Shown one piece after another: positions 37,750-51,191 of a stretch of 64,000 nt of DNA. The notes under the pieces are model-generated. The model saw nothing but the letters and a program-made list of their open reading frames with translations. It was not told where the DNA came from and did not search any database. Position 1 is the first letter of the stretch, and every line of letters begins with the position of its first letter. The position numbers were made by a program, and so were the translations under genes. Origin of the DNA: a virus; the IMG/VR virus record IMGVR_UViG_3300049043_000070, positions 32,001 through 96,000 of that record; one strand, written 5' to 3'.

Positions 37750-40700
37750 ATGCCACAGAAGACCAACCTTAACGTAAATCCTTATTACGAGGACTTTGAT
37801 GCGAAAAAGAATTTTTACAAGATTCTTTTTCGTCCTGGATACTCCATTCAAGGCAGAGAATTAACCCAATTACAATCAACTCTCCAAAATCAAATTGAAA
37901 GCTTTGGAAAATATGCTTTCAAGCAAGGAGAAATGGTTATCCCCGGTGAGGTTGGTCTCAATACAAAATTAGATTACGTTAAACTATCATCTGTTTCTGA
38001 AGTAGCAGTAAATGAAGGAAACGATATCGTTTATAAAAAATATGATATTTCACAACTAGTTGGACAACAATTAGTTGGTTTAACTTCTGGTGTTATTGGA
38101 ACAATTCTGGCAACTAAAGAGGCAACAGAATTTTCTGCCGATACTATTTTTGTAAATTACTTAACAAGTGGTAATTCAACCACAGAAGAGACTTTTAGAC
38201 AGGGTGAGACACTAGAAGTCGTTGATGGTGTTAACACGCCACTGCTGGTCGTTGGAACTGATGGTAGCGTTCTTCCAACAAGTATTAGCATTACAAACCC
38301 AGATACTGGAGAAGTTACTTCTTTAGAAAGCCCAGCAATGGGATATGCTTCTGCCGTAAAGGTAGAAGAAGGAATTTATTTTGTCAATGGATATTTTGTA
38401 AGAAATGATGCCGATCTTCTTGTAATTGAGGAATATTACGATAAACCATCTGCTAAGGTTGGTTTTGTAATTAATGAACAAATTGTAACTCCAGAAGAAG
38501 ATAATTCTTTATACGATAATGCTATTGGATCTTCAAACTATACTGCTCCTGGAGCACATAGATTAAAAATTTCTCTTTCACTAAAAGAGTTTGATCTGAA
38601 CGCGATTACAGATAAAAACTTTATTCAACTCCTAACCGTTTCAAGGGGGGTAGTTCAAAAAAAGTATCGCCAACCGACTACAATCTTTTAGAAGAAACAT
38701 TAGCAAGAAGAACTTTTGATGAAAGTGGAGACTATGTTGTAGATAATTTCTCCATTGATGTCAGAGAATACGCTCAAAAAGATGGAAACAGAGGCATATA
38801 CTCTGCTGATGAGTTTGGATTATTTAACGGAATTACCTCCGGCGAAGCTTCACGAAAGATGATTGCCAGTATTAGTCCTGGTAAAGCATATATCAAAGGA
38901 TACGAAATTGTCAATAAAGAAACAAAATATCTTGAGATTAACAAAGCAAGAGAAAGTCTGAGTAGTGATAACGTAACATTAAAATCAAAAGGTTTGCCAA
39001 CTTTTAGCGTCACTAACGTATTTGGTAGCATCCCATTAAACAAAGAAGGAGCAGATCTTACAGCATACCCAGATGTATTTTTATACTCTAGTTTCAATGA
39101 TGGATCTATTGGATTAAACAATACTGAACTTCCATCAGATCACAGACAAACTCTTAATAGAAGGGGACTGATTTTTAATTCAAATGACGCCATCAAAACG
39201 ATTACTATTCAGGTAAGTAGCACAACCACATTAATTGGTTCCATCACTGATAGCACTTTTCAGAATTTAATCGGAACACTGTATTATATCAAGTCTAGAA
39301 GCGATGTAGGATCTCCAACATCTGTTGGAAGATTTACTTCTTTATCATATGCAACTGTTAATAAACCATTGATCAATCCATCTGTATCAGTTCAATTCCT
39401 GGAACTTACTGTTGTTGGTCCAAAGGATGAATTGGAGTTATTGCTTCTAGAATATGATAATGGAGATAGTGAATTTAGAAGAAGATTGTTCTTGTCAGAA
39501 AATGATGCTCAAAGTGATGACAATGAATTTGGGTTCATTGTTGATTATCGTCAAACTATCACACCTGTCGTTGGAAAAGTAAAACCAAGTAATTTTTATC
39601 TACAGAAAAAGAGGACCTGGATTTAATTCAGATTCTGATATCATTTTATCAAAAGGTCGTCTTTCTCAGAGGATCTTCTGCTTACAATTCTATTTTTGGG
39701 TTTTCTTACTTTGACCCCCAGTTCTTTACTAAGATTACTCTAGAATCGGTTATAACAGGCGCCGATGCTTTTGATGAAGGAAAGTATGTGTTCGGTCTTA
39801 CTAGCAGCGCATATGGCGTTGTAGAGGGCACTGCGTCTGGTGTTTACACTACAAGCAATCTCTTGTTTGTAAAGACATTATCGGGAAGATTTTTACCAGG
39901 AGAAACGATTAGGGATGAATCTGGCAATACAATTAAAATTGCCAAGGAGAATACTATTTCTCATTTTATTATTCAGAACAGAGGTCTTGGTTATTCTGCT
40001 GGAGCAACAATCATTATTAATGGTTTAGAATTTGATTCATCTAAAGTACAGTTATCTTTAACCGGTGATGGAAAAGTATACAAGGCTATTATTAATAATA
40101 GAAGTGCCCTTAATGTTGAATATTCCCAACCACCAGCAGTGAGTGTAAAAAATCCAGATGGAGCAACACCTCCTAATGCTGGAGCAGCAATTATTCCTGT
40201 CTTATTCAGAGACTCTGTTATTACATACACCCCACAGAATGTTAAATCAATTGGTTGTAGATATGGATCCGGAAACGCAAACGCATTTAGTGCCGATATC
40301 CTAATTGATGATCAAGATTTTTCAGAAATTAAATCCGTAACTGATTTTACATTCTTTGGTTCGCAGGGTTATGATTTTATTGAATCAACTAGCTTTAGTG
40401 CTGATGCTAGCTCACTGCTAGTACAGGGAGATATGGTTCAATTCTCTGACGTAGACAATAATCTAGTTAGAGCAATTGTTCAATACGCAACAAAGCCATC
40501 GGGATCTTCTAAAACAAGAGTTTATCTAGACACGGTTCTTCCTGGAGGTGTCAGCAATACCAGCATTGTGCGTCTAAGACCAAAATTACAAAACCCAAAT
40601 TCCGGAACTTTATTATTTCCTACTGGGAGTAAGCAAGTAGAAAAAATTTCTGCTGGTGGAGATGACACAAAAATCAAATATTATTTCAGAAGAGATTTTG

Positions 40701-43700
40701 TCACTACTGCTTCTGCTAGTGGTGGTACAATTACATTTGCTGCTCAGTTACCTTTCGGAACACAAAGATTTTCAGCATTCACCGAAAATAATTTTATTAT
40801 CACTGTCTTGAATAGAGGTGATGCGCCAAATATTCAAAACGGAGATATTATCTATGTTGATCCGGATGCGATTGAAATTTCTTCTTCAACTGATACCGCA
40901 AGCGGTTTAACTTCTGGAAGTATTAGTTTAAATCTTCCTTCAACATATTTTGGAACAATTCCTTCAAATGGAACATTTCCAAAATTAAAACTAACCGCAA
41001 CTCTTGAAGTAAGCAATGCCAAACCAAGATTAAAGACTGTGATTAGAAATAAAAGAATTGTGGTGAACTCTTCTGGAGATAGAGTTCTTCCATTCAGAGG
41101 TACTGATTATGACAATGAAGTTGTTGAAGTTCTTTCGTACTCTGACGCATTTAAATTAAGATACGTTTATGAGGGAACTAGCACTCAACCACCCGATGTG
41201 GATAGTGCTGGTAATCTCATTTCCGGCACTGATGTTACATCAAGATTTACATTTGATGATGGTCAAAGAGACACAATCTATGATGTTTCTAGAATTGTTT
41301 TAAAGCCAGGATTTGAACCAACTTCCGGTCAAATTTTAATCGCATTTGATTACTTTGAACATTCTCAGGGAGACTTCTGTACGATTGACAGTTATCTACA
41401 TGAAGCCGAGAGTTGGTGAAGATGAAATACCAGCATTTAATTCGTCTGTTCACGGAAATCTTGAATTAAAGAACGTTTTAGATTTTAGACCAAAAGTAGA
41501 TAACAATGCAGTTATTGCTGGTTATCAAGATGTCTCATCATTAGAGATTACATCTGGGCAGTTCTCCGGATCTGGTTCCGTGATTGCGGCAACTCCTGCT
41601 CCAGATCCAAATATTGATTATACATTCTCATTTAGTCAAGTTCAATATCTTGACCGCATTGATGGTATTTTCTTGAATAAGCGTGGAGAATTTTTTGTCA
41701 AAGAAGGAAATTCTTCTCTCAACCCATCAAAACCAGATTCTGTTGATGATGCTGTTTCTCTCTTTTATGTCTATGTTCCAGCATACACAAAGACAAGCAA
41801 AGATGTAAGAGTTACTCCAGTAGATAATCGTAGATATACAATGAGAGATATTGGAAAACTTGAGAAGCGTATTGAGCGTCTAGAGTATTACACAACTCTC
41901 AGTATTCTTGAGCAACAAGCTCTCAATATGCAGGTAAAGGATGAAATCGGTTTAGATAGATTTAAGAGTGGATTTTTTGTTGATAATTTCGAAACTCATA
42001 GAGTTGGTAATCTATCATCATTAGATTATCGCTGTGCTGTTGACAGTCAGCAATCTGTTCTTTCGTCCACAGTCCAGAAGAAGATTCTATTCTTTTAAGA
42101 GAAGTTAATACTCAGAGAAGATCGAAGATCTATTGCTGGTTATAAAAAGTCAGGCAGTGTTATTACACTACCATACACTAATCTAGAATTACTTGGCAAC
42201 TCTTTTGCTTCCAAGAGTTAAATCCAAATCCATTTGTTGTTATTCAATATGTTGGAGATGTAGAAATTTCTCCAAATATTGATCATTGGTATGATCAATC
42301 TATTGATCCTATTGTGGTTGACACTAACACTAGTCTATTCAATATCTTTTTAGCAAAAGACAACTCTAAAGAAAGTTTTTCTAGTCTTCACAATTCATTC
42401 ATTGTGAATTGGGTTGGTACTGCTCCAGCATTTACTTCAATCAATTCGCTTGGAGAAGTTAATACACAACAAGCAACATCTGCGGTCTCTATGGCTTCAA
42501 CAGCAAGTTCTTCAAATATTAGTCCTCAGAATAATGATGTTGGAAAAGGTGTACAGACAAAATCGGTTAATGGCAAACTTGTATCTACTGCTCTGTCTTT
42601 CTTCACTCGTAGTGTTCCAGTAAAATATGTAATTAGAAGATTAAAACCAAATACAAAGGTAAATGTATTCCTAGAAGGAAGAAATGTAAATCGCTGGATT
42701 AATCCAGATCTAAGATTTACTGGAATTGCTGGTAATTCTCTTTCGTCATTTAATGGAGATATCGTAACAGATGAAAATGGTAATGCTAGTGGTTTAATTT
42801 TGGTTCCTGCTGGTGTTCCTCCAAGAGAAAATGCGACTTGGACAGGAGATGTCAATACTATTGATTACTGATACGACAGGGGAAGAAATTCGCCTCACAA
42901 CTGGAGTACTGACTTCAGATTTACTTCAAGTAGTTCTGACGCTCCGAAAGATACGGTAGATGCATACGCTGAAGTTAAGTATTATGCTACTGGATTGCTA
43001 CCAGAAATCCTGCTAGCATTGTATCAACCAGACCATCTTACTTCAAATCAAATGAAGGAGTTCAGGTCATTGATAGTAATACTCGATAATCCATTACGTC
43101 CAAATCCTCTGGCACAAACTTTTAAAGTTGAAAACTATGATGGTGGATTATATTACCACTGGGTTAGATTTATTCTTTTTCCAAGAAGAGCAGCAATATT
43201 CCAGTTAAGGTATATTTGACTGACGTTATATCTGGAAAACCAGGCAAAAATGTCATTCCTGGTTCTGAAAAGGTTTTAAATCCAAATACATTCTTGAAGT
43301 GTTACGCAAATGGAAATGTTTCTGTCACCCAGGGAGAACTCGTTACTGGAGCAAGTTCTTCTGCTAGCGGTCCAGTATTAAAAATTATTGATAAGAACAG
43401 TGTAGAGGCTTACAGCATCAACATCTGGAAGATATTCATTAACCAACGAACAAGTATATACTCTAGTTCTTGGTAATCATAATGGTAAAGCATTCAAGCA
43501 AAATGAAGATCTAATACGTTTTCATCTGTTACTTTAGCAAATGCTACAGATGGAACAGATTTGAAATTAACTATTGCTAAAGATAGCGGTAAGTTATCAG
43601 ATATTAGAATTAAGAACCCAGGACAAAACTACAGTAGCGCAATTCTAACTATTGAAAGCCCACAACTTCCTGGCGGATCTGTAGCAACTGCTCGTATTGA

Positions 43701-45899
43701 AGTGTCAAATGGAAAGATTTATAACGCAGAGATCTCATTATTTGGTTTTGGATACACTGAACCACCATCTGTTGTGGTTAAGGGGGTTGGTAATGGAGCA
43801 GGTGGATGTGAAATTGAAACATTCATTCGAGATTGATACTCCTGCTGTTGTTATGGGTGTAGCAACTGATACGGTTGAAGAGTTACAGAATTCAACTATT
43901 CCAAACAAAATTTGATTTTGAGATACCCAGTTTACTTACAAGAATGATACAGAATATGCTTTGATCGTAGAAACAGATTATCTTGACTATGAACTATGGG
44001 CTTCTCGTTTAGGAGAAATTGAAGATCTCAACAAGTACAGTTATCACAACACAACCATCTCTTGGTTCTGCTGCACGGGTATCTCAAAAGTGTTGATAAC
44101 TGGACCAGAAGACATTTTTGAAGATCTTAAGTTTAAACTTTACAGAGCAGAGTTCGATATTAGCATCAACCAGCAGAAACTTACTATTGACAAATAAAGA
44201 TCTTGCTCGAATATGAATTCTGTCAGTTCAAATCCTTTTGAAACAAACGCAAGTGCTAATACAAATGCGACTTCGAAAGCTCTTCAAGAAATAATAATAG
44301 TATTATCAAAGTCAATCACCGAGATAACGGTTTTGAAGGTTTTGAAAATTCATATGTATTCTATAGAAGTGCGGAAGAAGTTGCTGGAATTACATCAGAT
44401 ATTCTGAATACTACTTTGTTCCAGGTAAGTAATTCTGGAATTGAACGGTTATAATATTAGATCAATTTCAAAAGCATCAGGAAATGCTATTGGTGGGGGG
44501 TCTAATGTATATGCCACATACAACAGAAAGTATGAAGAAATTACTATATCCACAAATTCACTATCTAACGATTACTGGAACCAAACTTGATACATTTGTA
44601 AAGACAACTGATATTGTTCCTGTTGATTCTTTCAACAACAAATTATACTTTCATATTCACAAACAGATTATGAAAAAACTTCTTTAAATGAACCACATTC
44701 TCTTTACCAACCAGAAAGTTATTGTTTTCTTCAGATTAATGAAACTTTAAAACAGTGTTGATAGATCGTTGACTTATAAGATGACATTCTGTTCCTCAAC
44801 TAAGTCTTACCTCTCTCCCGCAATTGATTTATCTAGCGCATGTGTAAAGACAATATCAAATAGAGTTGAAGCAGCATCTGGCAAGGAAGACAGATATGGT
44901 AGAAGAGATCAAATCATTGAGTTCTACCCAGTCTATAGATTTGAACTATCTGGAAATGCTGGTACTCGAAATTACAATCCAATCAAACAATAACGGGCAG
45001 AGACCACAAAAGCAACCGGAACAATTGCCAAAGTAAGTGGAAATAATGTTTGGGTTCGTGTAAAAACAAGTCGAATTCTTCCAAAGAGGAGAGGGGTGAC
45101 GTTCGGAAATTGGACTATCCTTAACCAATGTAGTTATTGATTCCAACCCAGCACAAATTCTTGTTTCAATTGCCGATGCTTCTACAATTATTGCTCGCAA
45201 TCCATCAGTAATTTTACAGACTTACGATAATATTATCACTGGTAAAACTGTATTGTGGAATAATAAAACACAAGAACTAATCGTGAGAGTTGATGTTCAT
45301 CCAATTCTTGATGATTTCTTTGGAAGAATTATTGATAATGCAGCATTTAATCGCAATGCCGATGTTACTGATCAGATATCTGATATCTTTAGAGTTGGCG
45401 ATTTTGTTAAGTATCCAAATCAACCAAATGATGAGGCATCTTTCTTGGAAGTAAAATCTATTACATATACTGATGGCATTGATTTTGTTTCAGACAATAC
45501 TTCAAAAAATCAGCTCCGCTGTTGCTAAGTATGTGACAAAGGAAGTTTCAATCAACAATCCAGCAACTGCTATTGATGTTCGTCTGACTGCCAATGTAAA
45601 AGATGTTAAGAATATTTCAAGTTCTTTATAGATACAAGAAAGCATCAAGTCAAGAAAACTTTGAAGATATTGATTGGGTTTATTTTAATCAGAATGGTCA
45701 ACCAGATACACCTAGAAATTGCTTCTAGTGAAAATAGTATTTCTGGTACTGTAGAGAAGCAATCTTCTTACCAAGAATTTAAGTACAGCGTTGCTAATCT
45801 TCCAGAGTTCTCATCTTTTGCTGTCAAGATTGTAATGAAATCTGTTGATCCAGCATATGTTCCTAAATTCAAGATATTCGTGCTGTCGCTTCGTTCTGA
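37750..45899 (+). CDS. large virion structural protein, VrlC/DUF4815-like (about 2,700 aa, many indels)
   Basis: NLNVNPYYEDFD..KNFYKILFRPGYSIQGRELTQLQS.LQNQ; LDFRP; IGKLEKRIERLEYYTTLSILE; DRFKSGFFVDNF; PLAQTF; ends DIRAVASF*. Confidence 0.8.
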
Positions 45900-45908
45900 T
45901 TTCCGCGT

Positions 45909-46130
45909 ATGGACTATATCAAAGTTGCTGGTCATGATGGTCTCGTAAGAGATCAAAACACAGGTGCCATCTTGAATTTGGATGATTCTGCTATTGAAGC
46001 AAGACGTAAATCAAAATACCTCAGTTCCGCATTAGAAGACATAAATATGTTGAAGAATGAAGTTTCTGAGATCAAAACTTTACTAAGAGAGTTAATCAAA
46101 AATGCCAGCAATTCAAGTCGCCAGAACTGA
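45909..46130 (+). CDS. small conserved virion-module protein
   Basis: IKVAGHDGLVRDQNTGAILN...INMLKNEVSEIKTLL. Confidence 0.75.
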   Translation: MDYIKVAGHDGLVRDQNTGAILNLDDSAIEARRKSKYLSSALEDINMLKNEVSEIKTLLRELIKNASNSSRQN

Positions 46131-49100
46131 TACCTTTGAACAGCAAAGGCAAAAGATTAATCAGATAGGATCTTCTCTTTTTAATATTACTGCTGGTGGA
46201 AGTGATCTTTCTACTGGTAATTTAAAATTAAGGTGATTGAACAAGAGTAGCACCATCTCTATCATTTGTTAGTGATTCTAGTTTAGGTGTTTATAAAAAA
46301 ACACTTCAAACTATGGAGTTTGTTAGTGATGCTAAATCAATTTTTAATCTATGATACATCGGGAATAACCAATTATAGAAATTTAACTTTACAAAGAAAA
46401 TTTATTGGTAGTTCTGGATTAACTGTTACAAATTTTGGTTCTGGTTATGATGCTGGAACATATCAGAATGTTAATTTATTTGGCGGAACTGGTTTTGGTG
46501 CCACAGCAAATATTACTGTAACCGCATTTTCTGGACAAGTAACAAATGTAGGAACTAATTATTCTGCTGGATCATTTAATAATATAAAGTTAATTGGTGG
46601 ATCTGGATCTGGAACTAGAGTATCATTTATTGTCTCTGCTTTACTCGGATCAATCACAACAGCAGGATCGGGATACGTTGATTCTACTTACACAAATGTT
46701 CCATTAATAAACGTTAGCGGTACTGGAACTGGAGCTATAGCAACAATAAGCATATCTCAAGGATTGGTAGTTTCTGTATCTATTACTACAAATGGAAGCG
46801 GATATGTTCCTGGAAATATTTTAACAGCATCAAATACAAATCTTGGAGGTTCTGGATCTGGTTTTCAATATACAGTTAGTTCTACTCCAGGTGTAATTAG
46901 TAGTTTTGGTATCTCGACTTATGGATCTGGATATACTAATGGTAATATTTTATCTTTACCTTCAGCAGTATCTGGAGTAACAACATTTGTTCCTGGATCT
47001 ATTAGTGGTGTTTCAACTACTCTCTCAACCTCAAGTCCTAATATAACTGTAACATCCATAGAAGCGGCATCTATTGCTATCGGCATGGAAGTTAATACTG
47101 CGCAAGGATCAGTTGGATTGCTGAGTGGAAATACAACAGTGATAAATGTTAGTGGTACAACGATTACTCTTTCTTCAAATCCATCTACGTCTGGATCTGC
47201 CACATTAACATTTTCAACTCCAATAACACAACAATATACAATTGCAGTTCCATCTACAGCAAATATACAAATAGGATCTGTTGTTACTAAAACTTCTGGA
47301 ACTGGTGTTTTAGCAGCAAATACTGTAGTGTCTTCAATTCCTTCTAATACAACGGTTGTTATAAACAACCTACCATCCTTATCTGGAGATGCGATTTTAA
47401 CTTTTACACCTCCATATGGTTCTGGATCTGGATTCTCGTATACAATCAATGGTCTTGGATCAATTAATACATTTTCTATTTCTAGTGGTGGATTAGGATA
47501 TACTTTAAATGATGTGCTATCAATTTCTCCATCAGAACTAGTATCTCCAATTACATATACTGTTACTTGGATCACGACATCTAAATTAACATTTACAGGT
47601 ACTGTAAATACATCTCAAATACTGGTTGGTGATAATTTAGAGATAGCGAACGCTTCTGGTATTTCGTCTGCCGCAATTCAAACTGGTACTCCAGATGGAG
47701 CTGGTGCTGTTTATACTAATGTTCAGCAAACTTCAACTACAGGAAGTGGATCTGGAGCAAGATTTACTATTACAAAAACTTCTGGAGGATCTGCTTCATA
47801 TACTTTTAACAGCAGTAACAAATACAGGTTCTGGATATGCTGCTGGAGAAATATTAACTATATCTGGATTAAATTTGGGCGGAGCATCACCAGCAAATGA
47901 TTTAACCATCGTTGTTGGTACAGTAATTCAATCAGCAACAGGAGTTGTATTATCAAAATCTTTAAATGGATCCAATATAAACTTTATTAATTTAAATCTA
48001 ACAAGTGGATCTATTGGTAGTGGATCTATACTGAGAAAGGTTGGAACTACAACACCAACATTTACGGTTAACACATCAGGAAATGCTGTCAAATATTACA
48101 TTGATGATGGCAACGGCCCAGATTTACACCCAAGTTTAATTCTGTATAAAGACAATACTTATATTTTTGATATCACTGGTGCTGCAGCGCACCCATTTTA
48201 TTTTAGTATTCACCCAGATGGTAATCATAATAAAGTTACTGGAGTATCAACAACTCTTTCTACAACATCAACAACAATAACAGTTGCCGATACGACTGGT
48301 ATATTACCTGGAATGGAGGTAACAGTAACATCAGGTGATGGCGTTTTAGTTCCACCAGCTTCAAATAATATTATTACTGTAGTATCTATTGATAGTTTAA
48401 CTTCTATAACCCTGTCATCAACAGCATATACATCTGGAGCAGCTGTTTTACAATTTGCTGGAGCAGTGTACACTGGTTCCGAAGTAACTAGAACAAACTC
48501 AGCAGTTACGATAAAACCAATATCCACAACTCCAACTCTATACTATTTCTGTAATGCTGAAATCGGACACGAAGATGAAGCCTGGAGTAGAACGGACAAG
48601 AAGCTATAATTACTATTGATCCGAACAATCCTAGAGTTTTTGGTTCTGGATTTTCTGGATTTGTATCCGAATCTAGAAGAATCAAATATAATTACAGCAG
48701 ATATAGAAACTGGAGAAGTAGCGGTTGCTTCTTTTGATGGGTTAATAGCAACTCTAAACTCAGCAACTATAACATACTTTAACATCTACCAATGGTACTG
48801 TTTCTACTTTAACTTCAAGTACAATTCAATCAGGATCAAATCTTCAAATAAATGCTGGAACTGATATTGATATCACATCTCCTCTGTTAGATATAGGTGG
48901 ATATATTCAGATATCTGGAACTAATGGAAATATTACATCGTCAGGAATTATTAAAACTACAAATTCTTTTAATTCTAATGATGCTTTAAGTATTACAAAT
49001 TCAACAATCTCAACATCTGGATCAAACAATATTATTTTAAGTCCAGCATCAGGAAGAGTAACTAAATTAAATTCAAATACCGCTATTATAATTCCATCTG

Positions 49101-50627
49101 GAAATACTGCTGAACGACCAGTTGCTTTGGCGGAAAATGGAGCGATACGTTTTAATACGCAAACAAATCAATATGAAGGTTACAGCGGCACTACCTCTTC
49201 TTGGTCTTCGCTTGGTGGTGTAAGAGATCTTGATGGAAATACATATATTCTTGCCGAACTTTCTGTTGGATCAAATGATAATACATTATGGTTCTATAAT
49301 GATAATATTAATACAGTAAAATTTACTCCAGAATATCAAGAATTTTTAAGTGTTAAAAAAGTTAGATCTGTAAATACTTCAGCACCATCTTACAATAATT
49401 GGACCAGTAATACTCCAGTTACTACTGGACAATATTTAAAATATAGAAATAATATCTATGAAGTTGTAACTGGAGGAACTACTGGTACTTCTGGAAGTGA
49501 ACCAACGAGCACTAGTGGAACTAATTTTACAAATGGTACAGCAACACTAAGATTTTTTATTAGTGCTGTTTCTACATTAACATTTGAAGAAATATCGGAA
49601 GTTCTTATTGCTCCTCTTGGTGGTACTTCTTTAGTAGTAAATGACGAGATAGTCTTATCAAATAATATTATTTCTACAAAAATAAACGATTTACTAGTTA
49701 GACCAAATACTGGAAAGAAAGTCACAATTGATGCCAAGACATCTTTAGTATTGCCAGTTGGTACTATTAATGAAAGAGGAAATCCAACGCAAGGATCGGT
49801 TAGATTTAACACTACCATTTCTCAATATGAAGGTTATGATGGAACTAACTGGTCTTCTCTTGGTGGTGTTCGTGATGTAGATGGAAATACTTATATTATT
49901 CCAGAGCCTCTCCGCTGGATCAAATGAAAATATCTTGTATTTCTACAATAATGGTAGTAATACTCTAAGAGTTACTCAGAATGAAATTGAGTTAAATACT
50001 ATTGATACTATTAAATCTGTAGCATCAAACAATCTTAACTTAGATGCTCAACTAATCACATTCAATAGTTTAGCGGCATCTATTGACACATCTTCTCTGA
50101 CAACTACATTTATTTCAACCACAAAAGATAATCTTGATTTGGGATTATCTAGCGGTCTGACTAATGATCCTCTTTTAAGACTTACTGATACTGGTGATAT
50201 TTACTATAATCTTGGTTTTGGATCTGGAATTTATAATGGAATTAAAATATTTGATAATGAACTTAAAGAGCTGGAAATAGCAGATTACAAGATTTCTACT
50301 ACTAAAGTTACTCTTACAAGAAATACTGTAAATACTGGTAGCGCAATTCTATACGATCCAGCATTACATGAATCTTCTAAGGTTCAGATTATTGCTAGAA
50401 ATAGAGCAACTGGAGATAAAGAATTTATTGAATATTCAGTTATTGATAAAGCATCTGATATATTCTTTACGGATTTTGGTAATGTTAAGACAGGGGCAGA
50501 ATTGATTTCTTGTGTATTTGATTTTAACGCAAATGGTAACGTTCGCGTTACATTTACTTTAGATACAGCAATTGCTTCTGGAAATGTAGTAGACGTAACC
50601 ATCATTAGTAACATTATCAAGAGGTAA
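46102..50627 (+). CDS. large G/S/T-rich structural (tail-associated) protein, split by indels
   Basis: MPAIQVARTDTFEQQRQKINQIG; GSGY repeats; two RFNT...YEGY..WSSLGGVRD.DGNTYI modules (about 49145-49250 and 49800-49900). Confidence 0.7.
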
Positions 50628-50629
50628 AA

Positions 50630-51141
50630 ATGGCATCAAATTTAAAAACGTTAGATTCGCTTGGTGGATTTTCCATAGGAAATACTCCATTAGTTAATGA
50701 CAAAAAGGATATTCAGAATGCTAATTCTGTTGAAGTAAGAAATTCTTTCTTTCAAGATAGTTCAACTTCATATTATATTCTCAGAGGATTAAATACATCA
50801 ACATTAGCATTAGATAATGTTGGAAATCAAATTATTCTCCCATCAAATACAATTAACTTTATTACAGCAAATGTTGTTGGTGTTAATGATACTGGTGGAG
50901 GTCACATATCTTCTAAAATAGAAAGTGCTGTTTCTGTAGGTTCTACTGGAACTGTTTTGGAATTATCATCTATGACTACTATCATTAAGGATAGTATCCC
51001 AGAAGGACAGACTTGGACTATTGAACCATTTGATACTGGATCAGCAAATAGATACAGCCTATGCTACTGTTAGAGACTGGAACTACTACTACTATAAAGT
51101 GGATTGTGTATGTAAAAGTTGTGAGCATCACTTGGACTTGA
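50630..51141 (+). CDS. structural protein (indel near 51060)
   Basis: LDSLGGFSIG...; corrected end WIVYVKVVSITWT*. Confidence 0.65.
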
Positions 51142-51191
51142 TGCTAAATAGATAAAGAAAATAAAACCTACGGCAGGGGCTCGATAGTAAG